This document shows, one piece after another, positions 19,182 to 31,079 of a stretch of 64,000 bases of DNA (the first letter of the stretch is position 1; each line of letters opens with the position of its first letter). The position numbers were made by a program, and so were the translations under genes. The notes below the pieces were generated by a model. The model searched no databases. It saw only the letters and a list, made by a program, of their open reading frames with translations, and was not told where the DNA came from. This DNA is from Tubiluchus corallicola (Eukaryota > Animalia > Priapulida): contig JAQGDQ010002410.1 in NCBI GenBank assembly GCA_030141605.1, positions 1-64,000 on the forward strand. The letters are read 5' to 3'.

Positions 19182-20492
19182 ATGAAACATATTTTTCTTC
19201 TATTTACATTTATTGTTTTATTATTTTCATCTTGTAATGGTAATAGTGAATCAGAGAGAAACCCTTCATTGACAGACACCCTTTCTAACGATGAGCTTTT
19301 AGATTTGGTGCAAAGTCAAACGTTCAGATATTTTTGGAATTTTGCTCATCCAGTCTCAGGCTTAGCAAGGGAACGGAGTAATGGTAATGATAATATTGTT
19401 ACTATTGGAGGTTCTGGCTTTGGGGTTATGGTTATTATTGTGGGAGTAGAACGGGGCTATATTACAAGAGATGAGGCTGCTGAAAGGCTATTGAAGATAA
19501 CTAAATTCTTGCGTGATGATGCAGAGCGTTACCACGGGGTGTGGTCGCACTGGTTGAATGGGGAAACCGGGGAAACTATACCCTTTTCTGATAAGGATGA
19601 CGGGGGCGATCTTGTGGAGACTTCTTTTATGATACAGGGTTTACTTACAGCACGTAAGTATTTCGATGCGAATAATACTCAAGAGCAAGAGTTGCGTGAA
19701 ATTATTACCCAATTGTGGGAAGAGGTGGACTGGAATTTTTATACAAAGGGTGAAAATAAACTCTATTGGCATTGGTCTAAGAATCATGGTTGGGAAATGA
19801 ATATGCCTATTACAGGTTACAATGAGGCATTGATAACTTATGTGCTTGCTGCTTCGTCTCCTACCAATTCTATTGCTGCAAGTGTGTATGAGGGTTGGAA
19901 GGCTTCTGATCATTTTATTAATGGTAAGAGTTTTTATGACATTCCCCTTCCTTTGGGTTTTGATTATGGTGGACCTTTGTTTTTTGCTCATTATTCGTTT
20001 TTGGGTTTAGACCCTAATAGGGTTTCTGACACGCATGCAAGTTATTGGGAACAAAATGTGAATCATACTTTAATTAATAGGGCCTATTGTATAGATAATC
20101 CTAAGGGATATAAGGGATATGGTGAAAATTGTTGGGGGCTCACGGCGAGTGATAACCATATAGGGTATTCGGCTCACGAACCTAATAATGATTTGGGGGT
20201 TATTACCCCAACAGCTGCTTTAAGTTCTTTTCCTTATACTCCTGACTATTCTATGCAGGTTTTAAAATATTTATATTATGAGTTGCGAAAAGAGCTATGG
20301 GGCAATTATGGTTTTAAAGATGCTTTTAATCTTTCGGAGGGTTGGTTTGCGGAATCGTACCTTGCTATTGACCAAGGGCCTATTGTTATAATGATAGAGA
20401 ATCATCGTTCGGGTTTATTGTGGGACACTTTTATGAAGAATGAGGAGGTTATAGGTGGACTAACAAAATTGGATTTTCAAGTAATTGATTAA
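19182..20492 (+). CDS. Glucoamylase-like GH144 family lipoprotein (putative endo-beta-1,2-glucanase)
   Basis: Lipobox FSSC; QTFRYFW..HPVSGLARER, GGSGFG, DDGGDLVET, GGPLFFAHYSFLGLDP, YLAIDQGP motifs. Confidence 0.8.
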   Translation: MKHIFLLFTFIVLLFSSCNGNSESERNPSLTDTLSNDELLDLVQSQTFRYFWNFAHPVSGLARERSNGNDNIVTIGGSGFGVMVIIVGVERGYITRDEAAERLLKITKFLRDDAERYHGVWSHWLNGETGETIPFSDKDDGGDLVETSFMIQGLLTARKYFDANNTQEQELREIITQLWEEVDWNFYTKGENKLYWHWSKNHGWEMNMPITGYNEALITYVLAASSPTNSIAASVYEGWKASDHFINGKSFYDIPLPLGFDYGGPLFFAHYSFLGLDPNRVSDTHASYWEQNVNHTLINRAYCIDNPKGYKGYGENCWGLTASDNHIGYSAHEPNNDLGVITPTAALSSFPYTPDYSMQVLKYLYYELRKELWGNYGFKDAFNLSEGWFAESYLAIDQGPIVIMIENHRSGLLWDTFMKNEEVIGGLTKLDFQVID

Positions 20493-20707
20493 TTAAGGAG
20501 CTTGCCTATTTATTCTTTCACTTATTGAGGGTAGGTAGTGCTTCGCGAATGGTATAATCGTCAAAACGAAATGTGCAGAAAACAACTATCTTTCAAGGTG
20601 GCTGCTCGTAATTATCATAACTCTTTTAGCGGGTAATTAACGTCTAAAACAACAATACTAAAAACATACTATATACTAGCATATCATCTAAATATCAAAC
20701 TTTATTT

Positions 20708-21535
20708 TTAGTTTCGAACCAACTTATAACTTTCTTGTTTTACCCATTCAGCCCATTGTTTAAGGTTTTTTGTTTTGTCAAAAATTTTATAACTAATAGG
20801 CTCACCAAAAGTAACAGTAATAGATTTACCTCTTTGCTTGAACATTTCACGAACAAGGTAAAGCATCTCAATATTAAACTTAATGCCCAGAAACTTACGC
20901 AAGTTGGCAAGAAAATAAAAAGAGTTGGACACTCCTCCGCTTATATGCACAGGTATAACATCTCTTTGGTGCTTAATAGCTTTAGAAATAAAACTTTTCT
21001 TCCATTCCAAATCATACACCTTCCCTTTTTTCTTTCTTGATATAAGTCCTGCGGGAAAAATAAGCACCTGTGTATCCGACTGATAAGTCTCCTCGATAAT
21101 AATAGCTGTTTTCTTAGCTTGTGCTCCGTGTTTATTAACAGGTGCAAAAAACATTTCTATAGGCTTTATGTTAAGAAGAATATCATTTACAAGAAACTTT
21201 ACATCTTTAAAAAAACCGTGAGTAATTTTTATCAACAACATACCATCTATACCCCCCAGTGGATGATTGGAAGCAATGATAAACCTTCCGTTTTTAGGAA
21301 CATTCTCTTGCCCCCTTACATTATAGTTTATCTCCAAAAAATTGGATAAAGTCTCATCCAAAAAACTTATTCCTTTTTTATCTCTATTGTCAATAAGAAA
21401 TTGGTTGATTTCCTCTTGGTGAATAATTCTTTTCAAATAATTAATAACAAACTTGGGTAGAAGTTTTAAAAGTTTAGACTTTTTAGAGGCAATGACCTTT
21501 TCAATGTCAATAAGTGGCAAATTATCCTTTTTCAT
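20708..21535 (-). CDS. Glycerolipid acyltransferase (PlsC/LPLAT family)
   Basis: NHPLGGIDG (HxxxxD) and FPAG motifs; likely start MKKDNLP at 21535. Confidence 0.85.
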   Translation of the reverse strand: MKKDNLPLIDIEKVIASKKSKLLKLLPKFVINYLKRIIHQEEINQFLIDNRDKKGISFLDETLSNFLEINYNVRGQENVPKNGRFIIASNHPLGGIDGMLLIKITHGFFKDVKFLVNDILLNIKPIEMFFAPVNKHGAQAKKTAIIIEETYQSDTQVLIFPAGLISRKKKGKVYDLEWKKSFISKAIKHQRDVIPVHISGGVSNSFYFLANLRKFLGIKFNIEMLYLVREMFKQRGKSITVTFGEPISYKIFDKTKNLKQWAEWVKQESYKLVRN

Positions 21536-21790
21536 ATTCTTTATTGCACAAAATTTTAGAACAATAATAATGAAATTTTTTGAAGCATATTTAAAAAAAC
21601 ACAAAGACACAAGATTCTCCAACTTACAAACACTACTAATCTAATGAAGTAATACAAATATAAAATACTGCCCTTTGTAATACATCATCAGCAACCTCTT
21701 ATAAACTATACAGACTCAGAAGCTTACAAGCTTGCACAGAAGATTTTCAACACGCTGTTAGTCAAAAACTTATAGAATTGTTGAAAAAAA

Positions 21791-21826
21791 ATGGGTAAAA
21801 GTGGAAAAAAATGTTTTGAAGTGGGG
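21791..21826 (+). promoter_or_regulatory. Probable MraZ binding boxes
   Basis: ATGGG / GTGGA / (ATGTT) / GTGGG at 10-bp spacing directly upstream of mraZ. Confidence 0.6.
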
Positions 21827-21871
21827 CAAAAAACAATTACTTTTACACTTTAAAACTTATTTATAGGTAGA

Positions 21872-22324
21872 ATGCTAACATTTATAGGCGAACATACAGG
21901 CAAAGTAGATGCAAAAGGAAGAGTAACTATTCCTTCTTCTTTCAAGAAACAAATGGCAAATGCTTCACAAAATACTTTTGTAATTCGCAAGGATATATTC
22001 ACTAGCTGTCTTAACTTATATCCTATGCAAGAATGGGAGCGAGAAATGGAAAACTTGCGAAGCAAAATTAACAAGTACAATAGAAAACATACCCAACTCC
22101 TACGTCAACTATTTAGAGGTACAGCAGAAGCAACTATAGACGGAAATGGACGGATACTAATACCTCAACGTTTGTTAGACAAGGTGGGAATAGAAAAAGA
22201 CATCATACTGCAAGGACAAGACGGTAAAATAGAACTGTGGAGTGATAAAAACTACGAAATTGCTGCTGAGGATATAAACAATATAGAAAATTTGACGGAA
22301 GAAATACTGGGAGGTGATGAGTAA
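21872..22324 (+). CDS. mraZ: Division/cell wall cluster transcriptional regulator MraZ
   Basis: DAKGRV and DGNGRILIP repeats; first gene of the dcw cluster. Confidence 0.95.
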   Translation: MLTFIGEHTGKVDAKGRVTIPSSFKKQMANASQNTFVIRKDIFTSCLNLYPMQEWEREMENLRSKINKYNRKHTQLLRQLFRGTAEATIDGNGRILIPQRLLDKVGIEKDIILQGQDGKIELWSDKNYEIAAEDINNIENLTEEILGGDE

Positions 22325-23225
22325 TGAAACTTATCATATACCAGTATTATTGCAAGAGAGCATAGAGGGTTTGAACATATTACCTAATGGCATTTATACT
22401 GATTTAACTTTTGGAGGTGGGGGACATTCAAAAGCAATATTAGAAAAACTTAGCTCACAAGGCAAGTTAGTAGCTTTTGATAAGGACAGGGACGCAAAAC
22501 AGAATATAATTAAGGACAAACGATTTACATTAGTAAGAGAAGATTTTAGATATTTTAAAAATATGTTGAAGTACATAAACACATTGGAAATAGATGGGGT
22601 TCTTGCTGACCTTGGTGTATCATCGCACCATTTTAACGCACAAGAACGGGGATTTTCCTTCCGTTTTGATACTACCTTAGATATGAGAATGGACAATGAC
22701 ACTAAACTCACAGCAGCAGACATACTCAATACTTATACCAAAGAACAGCTGATAAAAATATTTAGAAACTATGGGAATGTAAAAGGTGCATATAGAGTAG
22801 CCCAAGACATCATAAACTTTCGGGCTGTTCAACCTTTAAAAAGAACTGTCGATTTGCAACAAGCTATACAGTTTTGCATACCCAAGCACAATCCCAGCAA
22901 GTACCTTGCTAAACTTTACCAAGCCCTACGTATAGAACTCAATCAAGAAATAGAGTCGCTAAAAGAAATGCTCTTAAAAACACCCAGTATGATGAAGAAG
23001 GGAGGTAGACTGGTGGTAATCACTTACCATTCGATAGAAGATAAGATAGTAAAAAACTTCATAAATAAAGGGACAATAGAAGGTCAAATAAAAAAGGATT
23101 TGTATGGCAACATAGAAAAACCTTTCAAAGCTATCAACAAAAAAACAATAAAACCTACAGAAGAAGAAATAAAAAAGAACAACCGAGCAAGAAGTGCTAA
23201 ACTAAGAATAGCAGAAAAAATATAA
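22317..23225 (+). CDS. rsmH: 16S rRNA m4C1402 methyltransferase
   Basis: HIPVLL, DLTFGGGGHS, DLGVSS, RARSAKLR. Confidence 0.97.
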   Translation: MSNETYHIPVLLQESIEGLNILPNGIYTDLTFGGGGHSKAILEKLSSQGKLVAFDKDRDAKQNIIKDKRFTLVREDFRYFKNMLKYINTLEIDGVLADLGVSSHHFNAQERGFSFRFDTTLDMRMDNDTKLTAADILNTYTKEQLIKIFRNYGNVKGAYRVAQDIINFRAVQPLKRTVDLQQAIQFCIPKHNPSKYLAKLYQALRIELNQEIESLKEMLLKTPSMMKKGGRLVVITYHSIEDKIVKNFINKGTIEGQIKKDLYGNIEKPFKAINKKTIKPTEEEIKKNNRARSAKLRIAEKI

Positions 23226-23230
23226 TAGCT

Positions 23231-23608
23231 ATGAAAAAATATAAAGAGTTTGAAGATGTAGAGGAAAAAGACCGACAACGTAAAAAACATTCCCCATCTA
23301 TTAAGAATGTATTAGATGGCAGCATACTGACAAGCGACATAGTGCTAAATCAATTTTCTTTTATCCTCTTTCTCGTTATGCTTGCAATGATATACATAAG
23401 CAGCAGTTATAATTCACAAAGAATTATGAAAAATATTTATGAAAAAGAGACCCAATTAAAAGAATTAAGACACGAAGCAAGTACTATGGCTTCTGAATTG
23501 ATGAGTAAAACAAGGCGAACAGCAGTAATTGAGCAATTACAAAAAAGGGATATAGAATTAGAAGCCTCTAATGAACCCATAAAAAAAATCATAATTAATA
23601 AACATTAA
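23231..23608 (+). CDS. ftsL: Cell division protein FtsL-like
   Basis: Single TM helix plus coiled coil, between rsmH and ftsI. Confidence 0.8.
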   Translation: MKKYKEFEDVEEKDRQRKKHSPSIKNVLDGSILTSDIVLNQFSFILFLVMLAMIYISSSYNSQRIMKNIYEKETQLKELRHEASTMASELMSKTRRTAVIEQLQKRDIELEASNEPIKKIIINKH

Positions 23609-23616
23609 TCAAAAAG

Positions 23617-25734
23617 GTGAGTGTAAAACAAGACATCATAGATAGGTTTAAAATAATATATCTTTTTGTATTCCTATTTGCCTTTGCTGTTGTAGGACGT
23701 ATCATCTACCTACAAATAGTAGAGGGAAAAAAGTTGAGGCAACGAGGAGAAAACATTACCCGACAAGAATATAGCATAAAAGGATTGCGAGGCGATATTT
23801 TATCCGCTAATGGCAAATTGCTTGCAGGCACTATACCTATGTACCAGATATATATGGACACGCGGGCACAAGGACTAACCGATAAGATATTCAATGCTAA
23901 TATAGACTCTTTATCATTGAGATTAAGCAAATTTTTTCAAGACAAGTCACCTTCCCAATACAAAAAGGAACTTATACAAGCAAGAAACAATCATAGAAGG
24001 TATTATAAGATAAATAAGAAAAAGATTAATTATATAGAACTCCAAAACATAAAAACCTTCCCTATTTTTCGTCTGGGTAAAAATCAAGGGGGGGTTTTGC
24101 CTAAAACTTACAATGAGCGCATATTTCCATTTGGCAAATTGGCTGCTCGCACAATAGGATATACCACACGTGACCTATCCGACATAGGTTACGGAAAAGT
24201 AGGATTAGAAGGAGCTTATGAAACAGAGTTGAGAGGTGAAAGCGGATTGAATATTTTACAAAAAATAGGAGGAGAATGGATACCTATGACAGAAATAGAA
24301 CCAAGTAAAGGCTACGACTTGGTCACTACCATAGATGTTGATTTACAAGATATAACCGAGACAGCTCTTGAACAACAACTATGGAAACACAATGCAGATC
24401 ACGGCACAGTAGTATTGATGGAAACAGAAACAGGAGATATAAAAGCCATTGCTAACTTGAAATATAAGAAAGAAGAAGGATATATAGAAGCCTACAACTA
24501 CGCTATAGGAGAAGCAGTAGAGCCGGGTTCTACTTTTAAGTTACCTGCATTGATGGTCGCTATGGAAGATGGCTATATCGATTTAAATAGCAAAATCAAT
24601 ACAGGAAGTGGAAGTGCTAAATACTACAACCATACTATAAGAGACAACAAAGTGGGAGGTTATGGAGAAATAACAATTGAAGAGGCTTTTCAGTATTCGT
24701 CTAATGTCGCAATGACGAAAGTAATTAATCAATACTATAAAGGCAAAGAACAGCAATTTGTAGATAGACTTTATAGTATGAACCTAAATGAAAAACTTAA
24801 TATAGAAATATTGGGTGAAGGACATCCGTATATAAAATATCCGGGCGACAAATTGTGGTCAGGTTTGTCTCTTCTTATGATGTCATTCGGGTATGAAATA
24901 CAACTCACCCCACTTCAATTACTTACTTTTTATAATGCTATAGCTCATAACGGAAAAATGGTTAAGCCTCGTTTTGTAAAACGTATAGAAAAAGACGGAC
25001 AAACAATAAAAACCTTTAAAACAGAAATTATCAATCCTGCCACCTGCTCTCAAAGCACCGTAAACAAAGCACAAAAACTACTTGAAAAAGTAGTAGAAAG
25101 TGGCACGGCTACTAACTTAAAAAACCCCTATTATAAAATAGCAGGAAAAACAGGCACTACACAAATAGCCTATCAAAAAATGGGTTATTCTAAGGAGGGT
25201 AAGAAAAACTATTCATCTTCATTCGTCGGGTATTTTCCCGCTGAAAACCCTATGTATTCTTGTATTGTTGTTATATCCTCACCACGTAACAATGTTATCT
25301 ACGGAAACACAGTAGCTGCTCCTGTATTCAAAAAAGTAGCAGACGGAGTATATACCAAAACTATTAAAATGCACAAACAAAGCCCTACACATTTGGACAT
25401 TCCTAATCTACCTATCTCTAAGAATGGACACACTACTGACCTTACAACAATATTTCACGCTTTACAAATACCCACAAAAACACAAGAAGCCAAGTCTGAT
25501 TGGATTATTACAACGAGAGCAGATTATAATATCGACTATCAAAATAAAACTGTAAGACCCAATACAATGCCTAATGTAAAAGGGATGAGCCTGAAAGATG
25601 CTTTATACATATTAGAAAATTTGGGATTGAAAGTGAAATTTAAAGGCAAAGGCATGGTAATAGCACAGTCTATTCCCTCAGGGGAAAAAATAAGCAAAAA
25701 CAAACAAGTAACCCTTAACCTTCAAATGCTGTGA
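23617..25734 (+). CDS. ftsI: Peptidoglycan transpeptidase PBP3 with PASTA domain
   Basis: EPGSTFK (SxxK), SSN, KTGT, C-terminal PASTA. Confidence 0.93.
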   Translation: MSVKQDIIDRFKIIYLFVFLFAFAVVGRIIYLQIVEGKKLRQRGENITRQEYSIKGLRGDILSANGKLLAGTIPMYQIYMDTRAQGLTDKIFNANIDSLSLRLSKFFQDKSPSQYKKELIQARNNHRRYYKINKKKINYIELQNIKTFPIFRLGKNQGGVLPKTYNERIFPFGKLAARTIGYTTRDLSDIGYGKVGLEGAYETELRGESGLNILQKIGGEWIPMTEIEPSKGYDLVTTIDVDLQDITETALEQQLWKHNADHGTVVLMETETGDIKAIANLKYKKEEGYIEAYNYAIGEAVEPGSTFKLPALMVAMEDGYIDLNSKINTGSGSAKYYNHTIRDNKVGGYGEITIEEAFQYSSNVAMTKVINQYYKGKEQQFVDRLYSMNLNEKLNIEILGEGHPYIKYPGDKLWSGLSLLMMSFGYEIQLTPLQLLTFYNAIAHNGKMVKPRFVKRIEKDGQTIKTFKTEIINPATCSQSTVNKAQKLLEKVVESGTATNLKNPYYKIAGKTGTTQIAYQKMGYSKEGKKNYSSSFVGYFPAENPMYSCIVVISSPRNNVIYGNTVAAPVFKKVADGVYTKTIKMHKQSPTHLDIPNLPISKNGHTTDLTTIFHALQIPTKTQEAKSDWIITTRADYNIDYQNKTVRPNTMPNVKGMSLKDALYILENLGLKVKFKGKGMVIAQSIPSGEKISKNKQVTLNLQML

Positions 25735-25735
25735 T

Positions 25736-27202
25736 ATGATAGCAAATTTAAAAGACATATTAACCCAAATAGAAATACAACAGACGCTCAACCCGTTGGA
25801 CGCCACTGTAAAATCCATTCACACCAACTCTAAAAAAGTAGTTGAAGGAGGAATGTTTGTAGCTATTAAAGGTCTAACCACAGATGGCCATCAATACATT
25901 AATTCAGCTATAAAACAAGGAGCAAGTGTAATAGTATGCGAAAACTTGCCAGAAACCACCAACCCCAAAGTAACTTACATACAGGTAAAAAGCACTTCAC
26001 AAGCACTGCCTATCATCAACAGTAATTACTACAACAACCCTAGCTCTCTATTAAAATTAGTAGGAATAACAGGAACAAATGGTAAAACAACTATTGCCAC
26101 CTTATTATACAAATTATACAAACAACTTGGTTATAAAGTGGGACTCATTTCTACCATAACCTATTATATAGATGAAGAAGAGTACCCCGCCACACACACT
26201 ACACCAGACAATCTGAAACTTAACCAGTTAATATATGATATGGTAAAAGCAGGTTGCGATTATTGTTTTATGGAGGTGAGTTCACATTCTATACATCAAC
26301 AACGTATTGCAGGCCTACACTTTGTAGGTGGAGTATTTACCAATATTACACACGACCATTTGGACTATCACAAGACATTTGATGAATATTTAAAAACGAA
26401 AAAAACCTTCTTTGACCACTTGTCTATTTCTGCTTTTGCTCTTACTAATATTGACGATAAAAATGGTAAGATAATGTTGCAAAATACAGTGGCAAGAAAG
26501 CACTATTACACACTAAAAACCCAAGAAGAATTCAAAGCCAAAATTAGAGAACAACATTTCAATGGTACTTTAATAGAAATCAATCAACAAGAATTATGGA
26601 CAAACCTTATAGGAGAGTTCAACATCTACAATCTACTAGCTATCTATGCTACTGCATTGCTGCTTGGACAAAATGCTCAAACAGTTCTACAATGCCTTAG
26701 CACATTGAAAGCTGTAGAGGGACGCTTCCAGTACCTCAGTTCGCCTGGTGGAAAAATTGCCATTATAGACTATGCTCACACACCCGATGCTTTACGAAAT
26801 GTATTGAATACTATCAGCAAAATACGTAAACAAGACCAACAAATCATAACTGTAGTAGGTGCAGGAGGAGATAGAGACAAACATAAAAGAGAAAAAATGG
26901 GACACGAAACAGTAATGGTAAGCGACAAGGTGATACTCACATCAGACAACCCGCGCTACGAAAATCCCGATACTATCATACAAGACATACACAAAGGGAT
27001 ACCGAAAAAGGAAGAAAAGAAAATATTAACTATTTCAGACAGAAAACAAGCTATAAAAACTGCCTATATGATAGCTCAAAAAGGAGATATTATACTAATA
27101 GCAGGAAAGGGACACGAAACCTACCAAGAAATAGAGGGTGTGAGATATCATTTTAATGACAAAGAAATCATTCAAGAATGCTTTAATACTGATAATAATT
27201 AG
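25736..27202 (+). CDS. murE: UDP-MurNAc-tripeptide synthetase
   Basis: [25 protein letters not shown] (mDAP-specific), GKGHE. Confidence 0.97.
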   Translation: MIANLKDILTQIEIQQTLNPLDATVKSIHTNSKKVVEGGMFVAIKGLTTDGHQYINSAIKQGASVIVCENLPETTNPKVTYIQVKSTSQALPIINSNYYNNPSSLLKLVGITGTNGKTTIATLLYKLYKQLGYKVGLISTITYYIDEEEYPATHTTPDNLKLNQLIYDMVKAGCDYCFMEVSSHSIHQQRIAGLHFVGGVFTNITHDHLDYHKTFDEYLKTKKTFFDHLSISAFALTNIDDKNGKIMLQNTVARKHYYTLKTQEEFKAKIREQHFNGTLIEINQQELWTNLIGEFNIYNLLAIYATALLLGQNAQTVLQCLSTLKAVEGRFQYLSSPGGKIAIIDYAHTPDALRNVLNTISKIRKQDQQIITVVGAGGDRDKHKREKMGHETVMVSDKVILTSDNPRYENPDTIIQDIHKGIPKKEEKKILTISDRKQAIKTAYMIAQKGDIILIAGKGHETYQEIEGVRYHFNDKEIIQECFNTDNN

Positions 27203-27213
27203 GTAAAGAGATT

Positions 27214-28485
27214 ATGTTATATTATTTGTTCAATTATTTACAAGACACATTAAATTTACCGGGAGCAGGAATGTTTCAATATATCTCTTTCCGTTCGGCT
27301 GCAGCCATTGTATTGTCTTTACTTATTTCTACTATCTATGGCAAGAAAATAATCAAAATATTACAAAAAAAACAAATAGGAGAAAACGTAAGAGACCTCA
27401 ACTTGCACGGACAGATTGAAAAAACAGGCACGCCCACTATTGGAGGTATTATTATCATTATAGCACTACTAATTCCTACTTTGTTATTCGCCAAATTAGA
27501 CAATATCTACATTCTATTAATGCTAATTACTACTATTTGGCTGGGAACAATAGGCTTTATAGACGACTACATCAAAACTTACAAAAAAAACAAAAAAGGC
27601 TTAGCCGCCAAGTTTAAGTTATTTGGACAAGTGAGCCTTGGGCTGATAGTAGGCATTACATTGTATGCAAGCGAAGATGCCGTTATACGCGAAACTATCA
27701 CTATACAAGAGTACGAGAAAAGAGCTGTAAATGAAAACCTCAAAAAGATAAAACAGAGCGAGTCAATAGTCCACAAAAAAGGTTATGTAATGGTGGAGAC
27801 GAAATCAACAAGAACAAATATTCCCTTCTTCAAAAACAATGAATTGGATTATGCCCAATTGCTCCCATTTATTAGCAAAAAAGCAAGAAAAAGTTGGGGA
27901 TGGGTAGTATTTATTATAACCGCTATTATTATTATTACAGCTGTTTCCAATGGGGCTAATATGACTGATGGTTTAGACGGCTTAGCCACCGGCACATCAG
28001 CTATTATAGGAAGCACACTTGCCGTATTGGCTTACGTTTCAGGTAACATCATCTATGCCAATTACCTCAACATAATGTATATTCCTAATGTAGGAGAGCT
28101 AGTGGTCTTTATAAGTGCTTTCATAGGTGCTACGATAGGTTTTCTTTGGTATAACTCTTATCCAGCACAGGTATTTATGGGTGATACAGGAAGTCTCACC
28201 ATAGGAGGTATTATTGCTACCTTCTCCATTATCATTCACAAAGAATTGTTAATACCTATACTATGCGGAATATTTTTTGTAGAGAACTTATCAGTAGTCT
28301 TACAAGTAGCTTATTTTAAATACACCAAGAAAAGAACAGGCATAGGAAAACGCATATTCAAAATGGCTCCTTTACACCATCATTATCAACTAAAAGGCTA
28401 CCCCGAAGCTAAAATAGTAACACGCTTTTGGATAGTGGGGATATTGTTGGCAGTACTGACCATTGTAACCTTAAAAGTAAGATAA
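27214..28485 (+). CDS. mraY: Phospho-N-acetylmuramoyl-pentapeptide transferase
   Basis: TPTIGG, DD, N.TDGLDGL, FMGDTGS, APLHHH. Confidence 0.97.
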   Translation: MLYYLFNYLQDTLNLPGAGMFQYISFRSAAAIVLSLLISTIYGKKIIKILQKKQIGENVRDLNLHGQIEKTGTPTIGGIIIIIALLIPTLLFAKLDNIYILLMLITTIWLGTIGFIDDYIKTYKKNKKGLAAKFKLFGQVSLGLIVGITLYASEDAVIRETITIQEYEKRAVNENLKKIKQSESIVHKKGYVMVETKSTRTNIPFFKNNELDYAQLLPFISKKARKSWGWVVFIITAIIIITAVSNGANMTDGLDGLATGTSAIIGSTLAVLAYVSGNIIYANYLNIMYIPNVGELVVFISAFIGATIGFLWYNSYPAQVFMGDTGSLTIGGIIATFSIIIHKELLIPILCGIFFVENLSVVLQVAYFKYTKKRTGIGKRIFKMAPLHHHYQLKGYPEAKIVTRFWIVGILLAVLTIVTLKVR

Positions 28486-28495
28486 CGAAAAGAAG

Positions 28496-29836
28496 ATGAA
28501 CCCCAAAAAGATTGTCATACTTGGAGCAGGCGAAAGCGGAACAGGAGCAGCCCTATTGGCACAAGCCAAGGGCTATGAAGTCTTTTTGTCAGACAAAGGC
28601 ACAATACAGCTTAAATACAAGAAACAGTTAGAAAAAAACAACATCACCTACGAAGAAAATGCACATACTGAGTTAAAAATATTAGAGGCATCAAAAATAA
28701 TTAAAAGCCCTGGTATACCTAACACCACTTCTATTATACAAAAGATACAACAACAACAAATACCCATTATTTCCGAAATAGAATTTGCTATGCAATACAG
28801 CTCTGCCAAAACTATTTGCATCACAGGAACTAATGGAAAAACCACAACAACTTCTCTCATCTATTACTCACTAAAAAATGCAGGATTGAATGTAGGCATA
28901 GCAGGAAATATTGGGAATAGTCTGGCTTTGCAAGTACTGAAAAACAGCTACGACTATTATGTAATAGAGTTAAGCAGCTTTCAATTGGACAATATATACA
29001 AACACAAACCCTATATTTCCATACTGCTAAATATTACAACAGACCATTTAGACCGCTATGGGAACGACATAGGAAACTACATACAATCTAAATTTCGCAT
29101 TATTAAAAATTTAGACATTAACACACATTTCATCTACAATCAAGATGATATTAATATAACAACAACATTAAGAAAGTTACCATTAACAACTAATTTATAT
29201 CCTTTCTCATTAAAACAAGATGTAGAAAAAGGAGCATATATACAAGACAAAAAAATAGTAGTTAATACTAATTTAAAACTATTTACTATGGAAATACAAC
29301 AACTTGCTTTACAAGGCAAGCACAATATTTACAACTCAATGGCAGCAGGGATAACAGCAAGGATACTAGATATTAAAGATGAACTTATCCGAGAAAGCCT
29401 AAGAACATTTACAAACATAGATCATCGTATGCAAAAAGTATTACAGATAGGAGGAATACAGTTTGTGAACGATTCGAAAGCCACTAACATCAACTCCGTA
29501 TGGTATGCCTTGGAATGTACCCACAAACCTATTGTTTGGATAGCAGGCGGCACAGACAAAGGCAACGACTATACAACACTCAAAAAATTAGTAAAAGATA
29601 AAGTAAAAGCCCTTATTTGCTTAGGCAAGGATAACACCAAATTGAAAAAAGCCTTTAGAGGTGTTATAAGCAATATTCAAGAAACACAATCGATGCAGCA
29701 AGCTGTAGAATGTGCCTACGACATAGCCAAAAAGGGCGATACAGTACTGCTATCACCCGCCTGTGCTAGTTTCGATTTGTTTAAAAACTACGAAGACCGA
29801 GGCGAACAGTTTATAGAAAGAGTAAGAAACTTATAA
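28496..29836 (+). CDS. murD: UDP-MurNAc-L-Ala-D-Glu ligase
   Basis: GTNGKTTT, ELSSFQL, NDSKATN, LSPACASFD. Confidence 0.97.
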   Translation: MNPKKIVILGAGESGTGAALLAQAKGYEVFLSDKGTIQLKYKKQLEKNNITYEENAHTELKILEASKIIKSPGIPNTTSIIQKIQQQQIPIISEIEFAMQYSSAKTICITGTNGKTTTTSLIYYSLKNAGLNVGIAGNIGNSLALQVLKNSYDYYVIELSSFQLDNIYKHKPYISILLNITTDHLDRYGNDIGNYIQSKFRIIKNLDINTHFIYNQDDINITTTLRKLPLTTNLYPFSLKQDVEKGAYIQDKKIVVNTNLKLFTMEIQQLALQGKHNIYNSMAAGITARILDIKDELIRESLRTFTNIDHRMQKVLQIGGIQFVNDSKATNINSVWYALECTHKPIVWIAGGTDKGNDYTTLKKLVKDKVKALICLGKDNTKLKKAFRGVISNIQETQSMQQAVECAYDIAKKGDTVLLSPACASFDLFKNYEDRGEQFIERVRNL

Positions 29837-29900
29837 CACGAATAATAATTATAGGAGAAAACGGCACTTGTCCTTACTATAAAGTTAGCTATAGAGAAAT

Positions 29901-31052
29901 ATGAAAACAACATTCACCAAATATTTCAAAGGCGACCAAGTCATATGGATCATCATATTTCTGTTGTCCTTATTTTCTCTATTAGCAGTATATAGTTCCA
30001 CAGGTATTCTTGCTTATAAAAACCACCAAGGCAATACATTCTACTACCTTGGCAAGCATACGGTTTTGCTTCTGCTTGGCATTGCTTTTATTTGGGTAAT
30101 ACACCGCACCTCCTACCTTCTTTATCTAAAATTTGCCCACATACTATTATATATATCTATTGGGCTGCTAATACTTACCCTTGTTACAGGTACCAACTTA
30201 AACGAAGCCTCACGATGGCTTACTGTACCTCTCATTGGTTTCAGTATACAAACCTCGGAAATAGCCAAGCTCTCTATGATACTGTACATAGCTAGAGTAC
30301 TCTCTCGCAATCAATCCTCCATCAAAGCAAGAGAAAAAGCCTTTAAAGACATTCTTATTCATCTTATTATTGTTTGCGGATTAATATTCACTCAAAATTT
30401 ATCTACTGCTCTTATCCTATTCTTTACCTCTCTTACGGTAATGTATCTTGGCAGAATACCTGTAAGACATCTTGCCAGTGTAGTAGGATTAGGCTTGCTA
30501 TGTGCCATATCTCTTACTTTTGTAGGAACTCACCTTGGAATAGAGAGAGCGCAAACGTGGAAAAACCGTATAGAGGCTTATGTGGAAAAAGACGACTACT
30601 ATGGAAATAATTTTCAAACAGAACAAGCCAAAATAGCCGTAGCCTCAGGGAATATATTTTGGGGAAAGGGACCTGGCAATTCCGACCAAAAAAACTTCCT
30701 CCCGCACCCTTATTCTGACTTTATCTATGCAATTATTATAGAAGAATATGGAATTATTTTTGGAGGTGTTCTTATCCTCACTGCCTTTATGATACTACTT
30801 TACAGAGCCTTATTAATAGTGAAGAATGCTACTATGGCATTTCAGGCTTTTGTAACCATAGGGTTATCACTTAGCCTTGTTCTGCAAGCATTTATACACA
30901 TAGCAGTGAATGTAGGTATATTACCCGTAACAGGACAAACCTTGCCACTTGTAAGTATGGGAGGTAGTTCTATACTTATTACCTGTCTTAATTTAGGAGT
31001 GTTGCTAAGTGTAACAAGAAAGATAGAAAAAACAAGAAAAACTAAAAATTAA
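29901..31052 (+). CDS. ftsW: SEDS peptidoglycan polymerase FtsW
   Basis: ASRW, Q.SE.AK, SDFIYAIIIEEYG, PVTGQTLPLVSMGGSS. Confidence 0.92.
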   Translation: MKTTFTKYFKGDQVIWIIIFLLSLFSLLAVYSSTGILAYKNHQGNTFYYLGKHTVLLLLGIAFIWVIHRTSYLLYLKFAHILLYISIGLLILTLVTGTNLNEASRWLTVPLIGFSIQTSEIAKLSMILYIARVLSRNQSSIKAREKAFKDILIHLIIVCGLIFTQNLSTALILFFTSLTVMYLGRIPVRHLASVVGLGLLCAISLTFVGTHLGIERAQTWKNRIEAYVEKDDYYGNNFQTEQAKIAVASGNIFWGKGPGNSDQKNFLPHPYSDFIYAIIIEEYGIIFGGVLILTAFMILLYRALLIVKNATMAFQAFVTIGLSLSLVLQAFIHIAVNVGILPVTGQTLPLVSMGGSSILITCLNLGVLLSVTRKIEKTRKTKN

Positions 31053-31079
31053 AATTATCCCTACAAAAATACTGCTGTT

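Noticed and set aside
20493-20707. Possible gene or transposase remnant after the GH144 gene
   Set aside because: Only short reading frames and no motif or terminal repeat I can support.
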